From positions 1-34,997 of the IMG/VR virus record IMGVR_UViG_3300020162_001113: a stretch of DNA of 34,997 nucleotides; one strand, written 5' to 3'. Both the position numbers and the translations under genes were made by a program. The first letter of the stretch is position 1; every line of letters begins with the position of its first letter. Positions 1 through 9,700 of the stretch are shown piece after piece. The notes beneath the pieces are model-generated. The model did not search any database, was not told where the DNA came from, and saw only the letters and a program-made list of their open reading frames with translations. Source of the DNA: a virus. Its lineage: Duplodnaviria > Caudoviricetes.

Positions 1-1
1 T

Positions 2-85
2 GGACAAAAGTGGATTTTGAATACACAAAATGTTACTAATAAAATCAATGATTTAGAAGTGTCATTGGTAATGCAGACTTTTTAA
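2..85 (+). CDS. Possible 3' end of an upstream gene (partial, ...NKINDLEVSLVMQTF*)
   Basis: Frame 2 is open from the window start to TAA at 83-85; too short to assign. Confidence 0.35.
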   Translation, partial: GQKWILNTQNVTNKINDLEVSLVMQTF

Positions 86-105
86 AGGCTGAAAAACAGC
101 AATAC

Positions 106-120
106 TGTTATAATTGAATT
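106..120 (+). promoter_or_regulatory. Extended -10 promoter (TGtTATAAT), probably giving a leaderless mRNA
   Basis: TG at 106-107, TATAAT at 109-114, 6 nt, then ATG at 121; no Shine-Dalgarno. Confidence 0.65.
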
Positions 121-1047
121 ATGGATGATGTAAAGATTGAAACAAGTAAAACACTAACTTTAACACTACCAAGTGATCCAGCATCAAATGTCGTGTCAGT
201 TAGTTTATATCATGAGTTTGGCTCTCTTGTTTCTGGTCCGACAAATGCAACAAGAACTGGGACTGGTATTTTTACAATCACCTATGGTCAACAAGCATCT
301 GGCATCTATGTTCTAAATGCTGCGGGGAGATACCGAGCTGACTTTACTTACACAGTGAGTGCCGTTTCGTATACTCAGTCTCAATATTTTAATGTTTATA
401 CTCCGTATGCAAATATTGATACATTTTTTGAGGATCACCCAACTCTTGAAGATGAATGGTATGACAAATTTGATAAATTGGAAAAGAAGGTAAGAAATAT
501 TATCAATACCTTCTGTGGGCAATCGTTTGAATATTACCCAAATAAATATCTTGAAGTTATGGGCTCTGGAAAAAAATCAATCCATCTCCCTAACCCGATC
601 TCCACTCTAAGAAAAGTTACGGCAGATCCAGGAACTAATGATGAGATTGTCCTTCATGACTATGAAGATGCAACAATGAATCATATTGAAAAAATTAAAG
701 AACCGCATAACTTTGGCAGCTCGTACTATGTCCAGTTTAGGAAATCAGTTCTGGATAGCGTTAATGTTCTTTTAATTGTTAATAAATTTAATCCGCAGAC
801 TGTGTATAAAATTGAGGGTGATTTTGGCTGGAGATTTGTGCCAAATAATATAGAGCAAGCAGCCGACCTTCTCTTGGAAGACATGATGAATGATGACTCA
901 ATTTACCGCAGGCATGGTATTTACAGTGCGGATATGGATGTTCTTAAAATTCAAACTGGTCAGAACTTCTACGAATCAACAGGGAACATTGATGCAGACA
1001 TATTGCTTATGGACTACACATTGTTTGTTATGGATTATGTGGTCTAA
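121..1047 (+). CDS. Head-to-tail adaptor with N-terminal Ig-like beta domain
   Basis: First gene of the neck cluster; IINTFCGQSF and GDFGWRFVPNNIEQAADLL resemble gp6/gp15-type connectors; first ~95 aa are beta-rich (GIFTITY...GRYRADFTYTV). Confidence 0.7.
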   Translation: MDDVKIETSKTLTLTLPSDPASNVVSVSLYHEFGSLVSGPTNATRTGTGIFTITYGQQASGIYVLNAAGRYRADFTYTVSAVSYTQSQYFNVYTPYANIDTFFEDHPTLEDEWYDKFDKLEKKVRNIINTFCGQSFEYYPNKYLEVMGSGKKSIHLPNPISTLRKVTADPGTNDEIVLHDYEDATMNHIEKIKEPHNFGSSYYVQFRKSVLDSVNVLLIVNKFNPQTVYKIEGDFGWRFVPNNIEQAADLLLEDMMNDDSIYRRHGIYSADMDVLKIQTGQNFYESTGNIDADILLMDYTLFVMDYVV

Positions 1048-1439
1048 TGGCTTCACATACTTATTTCAAATTCACTCACAAAGGTGATATATATACAAAA
1101 AGTACAAGCACAAATGCTGCAGGTCAGCAATATGCTTCCTATTCAAAAGTAGCTACAATATCTTTTCAATTTCAAGCTCCCAGTACAAGTTCTGCATCTG
1201 GCGATGAAAGAAGGCTTAGCCCATATCAAGACAGCATCCCTAAATTTGAAGCACTTGTCCCAAAAGAATACGATACAAATATTACATACGGTAGCAGGCT
1301 GCAGAATGTGAAAGACAGGAATGGAAATGTAGTTGATAGCTATGTTTATGAAGTTGTCGGCATACAGCCAAAGTTTGGTTTTACTGGCGCAAAGCACCAT
1401 ACCGTGGTTACTCTAAGAAGGGTGGTTGAAACAGCATGA
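1047..1439 (+). CDS. Head closure / stopper protein
   Basis: 130 aa, coupled to the adaptor (TAATG); NAAGQQ...YEVVGIQP...HHTVVTLRRV pattern is typical of gp16-like stoppers. Confidence 0.65.
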   Translation: MASHTYFKFTHKGDIYTKSTSTNAAGQQYASYSKVATISFQFQAPSTSSASGDERRLSPYQDSIPKFEALVPKEYDTNITYGSRLQNVKDRNGNVVDSYVYEVVGIQPKFGFTGAKHHTVVTLRRVVETA

Positions 1440-1771
1440 TAAGAGTATTTGGAGATTTACAACCATTGATTAATAAAGTTGAGAAGATCCCAATGGAGAT
1501 TGAATCAGCGGCAGCAGAGGCTATGATGGCGAGTGAGAGCGGCATACGAGATATGCTTATTTCTGATTACTCTGGTATCTTTCAAGACTTCGTAGTAGAG
1601 CCAGGAAGTGATTTGAGCATCGGTGTTGTTTTAAAAAGAGGGGATGTTTATCATTTCCACAATGCAACTGGCGCTGATATTGGTTATTTAATTGAGCCTA
1701 TTAAAAATATTGTAAAAGAAAATTTAAGTCAATCCATTTCTAAATGCATGGGAGGTAATTATGGCTCTTAG
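1436..1771 (+). CDS. Putative neck / tail completion protein (HK97 gp10-like position)
   Basis: 111 aa, ATGA overlap, lies between stopper and terminator; assigned by synteny only. Confidence 0.45.
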   Translation: MIRVFGDLQPLINKVEKIPMEIESAAAEAMMASESGIRDMLISDYSGIFQDFVVEPGSDLSIGVVLKRGDVYHFHNATGADIGYLIEPIKNIVKENLSQSISKCMGGNYGS

Positions 1772-2171
1772 TGTTTACGATATAAATACTGCCCTGAAAG
1801 CGGACAGCAGCTTGGCTAATATTGCTGGGAAGACCATGAACTTCTTTCCAGTTGTCGCAACTAACGGCGAGACCGCTCCGTTTGTGATATATTATTATCA
1901 GCCTTCTATTCCAAGCAGCGAAGCTTATTGGATGAGAAAAGACATAATTAGGTATTCAATATTTGATACTGATGCTGATCGTTTGTTTAGGCTTTCCGAA
2001 AGGGTTCTAGCAATCCTGGGGAAAGCTGATCAAGTCGCTCAGACAGGCGGAATTACGGGGACTAACTCCAGAATCCTGTCAAGTTATCAGATAGGGTCAA
2101 GCCTAGTAGCGCCTTTAGAAAAGGAAGGCTGGTATAGAATGAATTTAGATTTTAGAGTTTGCAATGTCTAG
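1761..2171 (+). CDS. Tail terminator protein
   Basis: 136 aa with GGAGG RBS; ALKADSSL...PFVIY...YRMNLDF pattern of gp17/gpU-like terminators; lies just upstream of the major tail gene. Confidence 0.7.
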   Translation: MALSVYDINTALKADSSLANIAGKTMNFFPVVATNGETAPFVIYYYQPSIPSSEAYWMRKDIIRYSIFDTDADRLFRLSERVLAILGKADQVAQTGGITGTNSRILSSYQIGSSLVAPLEKEGWYRMNLDFRVCNV

Positions 2172-2182
2172 CAAGAAAAGGG

Positions 2183-2201
2183 TATGGTAAAATAATAACA
2201 T
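2183..2201 (+). promoter_or_regulatory. Extended -10 promoter (TATGgTAAAAT)
   Basis: TGG-TAAAAT at 2185-2193, 8 nt before ATG 2202; similar to the motif at 23976-23986. Confidence 0.5.
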
Positions 2202-2399
2202 ATGGAGTATAGTACTATTACATACATTGGCAAAACACCAAGTTATGTCGTTAAACTTCGTAACTCAGTTTACGAATTTGAATGGAACAAAGGTCTCGGT
2301 ATAGGCAATCGCCAAGGCGAAGTCAATGCCAAGGATATAGAAAAGATCGCTAAATGGCGTGATAAGAAAGGCAGAAAGATATTTCGCCTGGATAAATAG
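2202..2399 (+). CDS. Small basic hypothetical protein in tail module
   Basis: 65-aa ORF filling the gap between terminator and major tail genes. Confidence 0.65.
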   Translation: MEYSTITYIGKTPSYVVKLRNSVYEFEWNKGLGIGNRQGEVNAKDIEKIAKWRDKKGRKIFRLDK

Positions 2400-2410
2400 G
2401 AGGAAGTAAT

Positions 2411-2992
2411 ATGGCAGTTAATGTTTCTAACATTATCGTTGGCGAAGCAACCATTAAACTTGGTACAAATGCTAACGCAACCACCATTGCAGCAATGAAT
2501 AACTTTGCTGACATTGGAGCAACACAAAACGGTTTGGAAATCTCGTGGGAACCAGACATGGTTGATATTGAAATTGACCAATTTGGCGATGCCGCTAAGG
2601 TAATCCAGTCAAAGGTAAAGGTAATGGTTAAGACAACCCTCGCAGAAGGAACTCTTAACAACCTTGCAACAGCTTGGAACTATGATAGCACCACTGGTGG
2701 ATCAGACATCCTTGCTAACAATGATGGCGCAAATACAAAGACATTCTTGTTTGGTGCACAGGGAGTAATCCCTTACGAGAAGGCACTCGTTGTTACAGGT
2801 ACAGCACCTGGTTCAACAGCAAGTGACACCCTTACCCGTTCATTCTACACAAAGCGTGCAATTTCAATGGAATCATCCACAATTGCAATGAAGCGTGCAG
2901 AAGCAACAATGTTCACAGTTGGCTTTAGAATTTTGCCAACAGTAGCAGATGTTGGTTACGAGTACGGCAAAATCATTGACGAAACCGCATAA
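2411..2992 (+). CDS. Major tail (tube) protein
   Basis: Strong AGGAGG RBS; NIIVGEA...DIGATQNGLEISWEP...IEIDQ...KTTLAEGTLNNL resembles actinophage major tail proteins; sits upstream of chaperone and tape measure. Confidence 0.88.
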   Translation: MAVNVSNIIVGEATIKLGTNANATTIAAMNNFADIGATQNGLEISWEPDMVDIEIDQFGDAAKVIQSKVKVMVKTTLAEGTLNNLATAWNYDSTTGGSDILANNDGANTKTFLFGAQGVIPYEKALVVTGTAPGSTASDTLTRSFYTKRAISMESSTIAMKRAEATMFTVGFRILPTVADVGYEYGKIIDETA

Positions 2993-3019
2993 TTATAAAT
3001 AAATAATTTAGCTAAAATC

Positions 3020-3066
3020 TTCACCCCTTGGGTATTTTGTGATAAACTTAATACTCAAGGGGTGAA
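3020..3066. repeat. 17-bp inverted repeat with a 13-nt loop (hairpin) after the major tail gene
   Basis: TTCACCCCTTGGGTATT (3020-3036) pairs with AATACTCAAGGGGTGAA (3050-3066) with one G-T pair; no U-tract follows. Confidence 0.85.
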
Positions 3067-3098
3067 CCCTATATAACGGAAAAAAGGATGGATATACT

Positions 3099-3404
3099 TT
3101 GAGCGATAAAAATAAAGACATTCTCGCTGGCACAGAAATCGTGTTCGCAGATGGAAAGACAAGAACAATTAAGCCTTTGACAATTCGTAATCTTAGAAAG
3201 TTTATGAAGGTCGTTAAGGATCTTAAGAGCGAAGACACACTTGATGACAAGGATATTGACATCATGGTTGAGGCTGCTGGAATTGCTCTCGCAGCGGTTG
3301 ACCCAGAGTTGGGCAACGATAAAGAAAAGCTAGAAGATGTGCTTGACTTGCGTTCATTCGGTGAACTCATGTCGGCTGCAATGGGTTCAGACCCTTCCTT
3401 CTAG
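3099..3404 (+). CDS. Tail assembly chaperone (gpG-like)
   Basis: TTG start with AAGGA RBS; 101 aa, acidic; TIKPLTIRNLRKFMK; lies between major tail and tape measure genes. Confidence 0.8.
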   Translation: MSDKNKDILAGTEIVFADGKTRTIKPLTIRNLRKFMKVVKDLKSEDTLDDKDIDIMVEAAGIALAAVDPELGNDKEKLEDVLDLRSFGELMSAAMGSDPSF

Positions 3405-3730
3405 GCGAAGAGGGGGCTGGTTCATCTGACCAATCTTGGGAAGATCTCCCTCTTCTAAAATACGAATCGGAAGTATTTGTCAGAACGGGTTCTTGGGTGA
3501 ATTTTGAATCACTTGAGACCCATCTGACATTGAATGAATTATTTTTGCTATATCGTGCTTGTATGAATGAAACAAGTACGGCGATGAAAATTGCTGCTGC
3601 AGCACAAGGTGCTGAGGTTGATTTTGATGATGACTGGTACGATCCAGAACCACCTAGAGCTGCGCAGGTCCATGACATTCTTGATATGAAGTTCGGAATG
3701 GGTTATGAAACGGTAAAGAAAGGTGAATAA
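3365..3730 (+). CDS. Tail assembly chaperone frameshift extension (gpT-like, -1 frame)
   Basis: -1 frame is open from 3365 (after TGA 3362-3364) to TAA at 3730 and overlaps the end of the chaperone; reads LGEEGAGSSDQSWEDLPLLKYESEVF...LETHLTLNELF; no good independent RBS. Confidence 0.7.
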   Translation, partial: THVGCNGFRPFLLGEEGAGSSDQSWEDLPLLKYESEVFVRTGSWVNFESLETHLTLNELFLLYRACMNETSTAMKIAAAAQGAEVDFDDDWYDPEPPRAAQVHDILDMKFGMGYETVKKGE

Positions 3731-3732
3731 TC

Positions 3733-3761
3733 TTGCTTTAATTAACCCAATATGCGATAAT
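3733..3761 (+). promoter_or_regulatory. Putative promoter upstream of the tape measure gene
   Basis: TTGCTT (3733-3738), 17 nt, then GATAAT (3756-3761) preceded by TGc. Confidence 0.45.
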
Positions 3762-3777
3762 TACTATTGGCTGAATT

Positions 3778-6700
3778 ATGTCTGACACTGGTGACTCAAC
3801 AACACGAATAGGTATAGATGCATCTGTTACTGGTGCTGAATCTGTTGCAGGCTTAACAACCAATGTCGTTGCATTATCTCAGCAATTAGTTAATCTCTCA
3901 CAAAGCGCTACACGCAGTTTTTCAATTCAAGACAGCTTAAATAAAGCGCTAGATAGAACAAGACTTAGTACAGGCTTGGTAAGTAATTCTCTTGCTGAAT
4001 ATCGTAAAAGTCAAGTTCTAACAAATAGAGTTGTAGAGCAGGCTACCCAACAGCTGAACTCACTTTCAGCAGCGCAAGCAAAAGTTGCGGCAAGTGGTAA
4101 AGCAATGTCACCAGCGCTTTCTGCGTCATACAGGCAAGCTAATAGTCATTTAACTTCGGTTGTCTCTTCTGCTGATTCATTGAATAGGGTTTTAAAAACA
4201 AACGCTATTGAAAAGTTTGGTCAAAAGCTTCAGGCTTCTGGTCAAATAGCTCAGCGAACTTCGTATTACTTTGCGGCTGCAACTGCGCCTCTATTGATGT
4301 CATTAAGAAGTGCTTTCTTTTCTTACGCAAGATTGGACCAAGAAACAAGAAGACTAACCAAGCTTATTGCTGATGAATTTGGAACTGGCGCTGAAGCTAT
4401 TAGTAAGGCAAGTGATAAAGTTAGACTTCTAGGTTTTGAGCTGGATAAGATTACGGCAAAGTATGGTACAAGTAGAGTGCTTATTCAATCTCTTGCTGGA
4501 GACTTTGCGGAATTAGGTGTCCCAGATACTGCGATTGTTAGATTAACAGAGTTTACTGCCGCAGTAGAAAAATTGGGCAACCTTGACATTACTCAATCGC
4601 AAAACTTCATTCAATCAATCTATCAAAATATTTTGAGAGTTAGAAGAGACATGGCTGCAGCTGAAGGTTACAGCCTTGACTTGTCTAGCCCTAAGATGAT
4701 GGGTCAAATTTTGAGTGAAGTGCAAGGACAACTTGCTCTTTTCAACATGGTTGAAAACAAAACAACATTGTCATTGAAAGACCTTGCAGATGCTTTCCCT
4801 GAAGTATCAGCAGCCGCTACTACATTCGGTTTGTCAATGACCGAGACAGCCGCAATGCTAGCTCCGATGGTTGCCGCTGGCTTCCAAGTGGGCGCTTCTG
4901 CTAACTCTATCAAGGTGTCATTGCAGAGAATGGTTGCTATGACAAAGCAAAATACAGGGATCATCCAGGGGTTGAATCAAGCCCTAGGAGATGACTTCCA
5001 ATATGCGGCAGGCGTTGGAATGGAAAATATTCAACAACTTGTTGATGGCTTTAATAGCTTGTTAAGCATTAAAGGTGAACAAGGAACATTGGAATTCTTT
5101 TCAAGACTTTTCGGTGTTCGTCAAGGTCCAAGAATGGAAACTTCAGTTCGGCAATTGGCTGTGTTTCAGAAAGCTCTTGACAACACATCATCAGCAGAAG
5201 GCAAAATTGCTGCTCAATTAGAATCAAGTGTTAATGCACGCCTAACAAGTCATGGATATGAAGCTATCGCAGTAAAAAATATTCTTGATTTAACAAAAGT
5301 TCATAGAAGAGCTACTGAAGAAGTAAATGGCGAATACACAATTCAAGCTCGCTTGGTGCAGCAAGGTCAGAAAGATGCAGATGCTGCACTGAGAGGGGCG
5401 TATACAGACACTGCTGATTATTTGTCTAAAGTTGGAACTGAAGCTGGGAAGATTTTCTTGGTAGAGGCTGTTGGTGGAGTTTCGGCGGCTTCAATTCAAA
5501 TGGAACAAGAATTGAGTTTGGCTGTTGATTCAGTAGCTGTTAAGTTCAATAAGTTGAAAGAAGCAATGCTCCAGATAGGAAGAGCGCTTGCACCAATCGT
5601 TGATAAAGTAATTGGCGCAATACTCCCAGTGATACAGGGTATTGGAGATTTCTTAAAAAAACTTTCTCCTTTTACTCAAAAAATTATAGGCTTTTTAGCT
5701 TTTACTTTAATACTGATACCGCAAATTAGATTACTTGGTGCAACATTCAAAATGGCTTTTGGCGGCATTATTGGTTCGCTAGGTAAAATGCTAAATGCAG
5801 CAGACGGTCTTGGTGCAACATTAAAAGGTGTTCGTGCTACAAGCGTGTCGCTTGCTCAAATATTGGAAAATCCAAACATAGCTAAAGGTTACAATAAATT
5901 AACTCAGTTAACTGATTCTCAGTTCCTTCTTCAGCAAGATAAAAATGCACCTGGCTACTCAAAAAGTTTTCTCGGTAGAAGAAAAATGCGACCACTGGAT
6001 GACTCTGGTCTATCCCAGCCAGTAAAAGAACTTTTTGCAAATAAAGGAGTAGTTGGTCCTGCTGATAAAACATCAATCAAGACACTGCTTGGAAAATCAA
6101 CAAAGCTTGGGTTGCCTAATACTGACGAACTGATTAGATCAATGCTCACAGATATGGGAACGATTCCTGAGAAGATTGCTGAATCAACCGCAAAAGCAAC
6201 AGAGAAAGCTGCTACAAGTACGGCAGAGAAAATAACAAAAGGTTTGAAAGGTTCTATCTTCCAAAACAACACATTTATTGGAAACAAGTTTGGAGGCGGG
6301 ACTGCTGGTCCTGGCGGTACTGGTACTGGACCACGCACTCCAAAAACTCCAGCAACAGGCGGAACACCAACAAAGGCAACACCGTTCTTCCCTACACCCG
6401 ATGGCAAACCAATTCCAAAAACACCAGGTTTTGTTACTCCTAGGGTTTCTAAGCCTGCACCGACTGGTGCGGCTGGTCCAGCAATAAGATCAATATTTGC
6501 TGGCATTACTGCTGCAATAAGTGGTATGGGTGGAGCACCATCTGCTCCATCTGCTCCATCTACTCCAGCAGCGCCAAGTCGTTACCTCACAGACCCAAGA
6601 TTTAATCAAGCAAGTACGAGAAGGATATCAATTCCATCAGCGAAGGATGTAGCAAAAACTGCAACTATTGGCGCACCTATTGCAGCAACTGCTGAGAGAA

Positions 6701-9700
6701 TGGCGGCTGAAGCTAAGGCACAATTGGATGCATTGGGTGTTACTGTTCAAGAAGAAGTTGCAAAAACTACTGAAGTTGTTAAAGAAGCTACTAAGCCAAA
6801 AGGTAAGTCACCTCGTGGTTCACCAAAGAAAGTAAAAACAACAGTTGAAAAAGCTGTTGGTGAAGCTGTTAGTGCAGCAACTGCCCCTGTAGCAGAGGTA
6901 GTTGAAGCAGTAACAGAAGCATCAACCGAAACTCCTAAGAAAGTTGAAAAGGCTGTCAAGGAAGTAAAGAATAAAGCTGCAGCACCAAAGGGCGGTGCAA
7001 GAAAAGTAAAAGCAAAAGTTGAAAAAGCTGTAGGCGAGGCTGTTGTTGCGGCAGTAGCGCCAATTGAGGAGACCGTAGCTTCAGTAGCACAAGTCGCAAC
7101 TGAAACTCCAAAGAAAGTTGAAAAAGCGGTTAAGGAAGTAAAGAGCAAAGCTACAGCGCCAAAGGGTGGTGCTAAAAAAGCAGCGAAATCTGTAAAGAAA
7201 GTTGCTGAACAAGCAGTGGTCGCAGTAGAAAAAACTGTTGCTGGAGTTGCTGAAGTTGTTGATAACTCTGCAGTAGCTCAGGCTGCAGTTGAAAAAGCAA
7301 CAGCTCAAGCTGGTAAGGCAACAAAGGTTGCATCAAAAGTAGCAAAAGCCCCAACTGGACAAGCTGCTATTGTAAAACTTTCGTATAAAGAAATTGCTAA
7401 ATTCTTTGATGATGCGGGACAAGCTATTCCAGCTGAATATGAATTTATTAGAACTACTAATAAAGAAGTTGAATTAACCAAGAGAGCCAAAGGTCAATTC
7501 TTTAAAAATCTCACAGAAGAATTTAAAAAAGGATCCGCTTCGCCTCTCGGTTCCCTAACTCGTACCTCAGGTTCAACAGGCAAACCAATATATAAATTAT
7601 TTAACAAAGAGGTTAACGCTCAAAAGAATGCTTACAAGTCTGTTGTTGATGAGCTTCTTACGGATAGAAGAGCCCTAGAGCAATCAGTAAAAGTAAGAGA
7701 ACAAATAACGCAGACGATGAAGGATATGACGCTCAAAGGCGGCGGTGCTCCTGCAGCTACATCATCTAGCGGTATGTCAAAAACCGCCGCTAGGCGATTA
7801 GCTAGAGAGACAAAGCAGGCGCAAGAAGCAATTACAGCAATGAATGCGACAGAGGCATTAAAGCTTGATGCAATGCCAGGTGTTACCCCACCTCCAGGTG
7901 TTGAAGAGGTATACACAACAAGACCTAGAGCTGAAATTGCAGAACTAGAACAAAGGTTAGCTGACGCAAAAGCAAATTTGAAAGTTGCGCAAAAAGGAAG
8001 CACCGATGTTGCTAATCAACTTGTTGATGGTTTTAATAAAGAAATATCTGATCTTAAAGATGAGTTAGTACTGGCTAAATCTGCAATTCATGAAAAAATA
8101 GTTCCTGCATCGCCAGCGACATCTCAATTGCTTAATGCTCAAAGCGTTATGATGAGAGATGAATCTCCAATTCAAAACTTGACTAGTGGTAGAACAGCAA
8201 GAGGAGCTGGGATTGGACCAGATAACCCAATTAGATATGCAAATCAATTCTCAGATCAAGTTGGCATGATGGACAGGGTTATGACTTCAAAAGGCTCACC
8301 TGTTGCTCTTCATCCAGACATTAGAGCAAAAATATTACATGACCTTGAGATAGAAAAATTAACTCAAAAAATATTAGATTCTACTGACGCAAATATTGTA
8401 AGAGATTTGAAATTCCACATGTCTGAAGTGGCAGAGGATATTCTTGACACAGATACAAACCTTACGGGGACTGGTGGTAATAGGAAAGCAACTGCTGCGG
8501 AAATAAAAAAGGTTAAAAGTGCAGCCGCCAGACAGATGGCTGAAAATATGGGAGTTGATTTAACTAAATATCTTCCAACATCAGACCAATTTGATCCAGC
8601 TGCTGAATCTGCAATATTAAAAAATAAAAAAGTTGTTAATGGTGTAACACAGTTTTATAAAGGAATAGAGCATGGTGGTGACGAACTTGTAGCGGAGCTT
8701 GCAAGTATGCAAAAAGATGTTTCACCTGCAAACATTTCGGCTAGAGAGAAGCTTGCAAGAACTTTTATGAGACAAAGAGAGGCAATAAGTCCTTCTGGAT
8801 CTGGCGGTAGGACTGTAAGCCCAATCAGGAAAATAATCTCTGGTGGAATGGGCGAGGCTAAAGCTGGTGTTGTTACAGTCGGGAAGTTAATTGAAGACTC
8901 TATTAATGAAACAGTAAATGCACTTCCAGCCTCTATTTCTGATGCTAAAAGACAATTAATTAGAGCTACAGCTTCAGCAGTAGCAATAAGCCAGCCAGGC
9001 GCTGCAGTTGGTGATGCTCTCCAGGGTGGTCTCAAATTAGTAGACCAAGAATTAACAGCATCTCAAGCTAAAGTCGTAAAGGGAAGACTTGACTTGATGA
9101 GAAAGCAAGTTCTTGATTTGATGAGTAAAGATGTTGCTGGCTTTAAGACAGCAACTATAACTGACAGCAAAGGTAAGATAACAAAATTTGTATCAGACGC
9201 TAAATCTAAAGCTGGCGTTCTCTTAAATAAGCTTGCAAAAGGAACTGCTCTATCTGTAAGTGATTTAGGAAAAGCCGTGGAGGGTGTTTTTGTTGACTCT
9301 ATGGGAGCTGCATCTTATGCAGTAACTCAAGTTGAAAAAACAAAGAAAGGTTTTAGAGGTTTTCAATTCAAGGACATGGCTGCTCGTGTTACGGAAACCC
9401 TTGACGCAAGAGTGGCGGCGGGAACCAAAGCTCAAGCTAGCGCCGCAAATGTTGGTAGTGGAACTGCAGTTGGTAATCGTGCCGCAGAAAGACAAGCTGC
9501 AAAAGAAGCTCAAAAAGTTGCACAGCAAAAGAGCAAGGAAGAAGCTGCTGAGATTGTAAAAAATATCCAAGCAAAGAGGGGCGATGCAGTCGCTACTGAA
9601 GCAAACACGCAAGCTACTGTTGAAAACACTGCGGCTGAAAAAGTCCAGACTGAGTCTAAGGTTAAGAACACAGCCGCTACTGAAGTTGAAACTACAGCTA

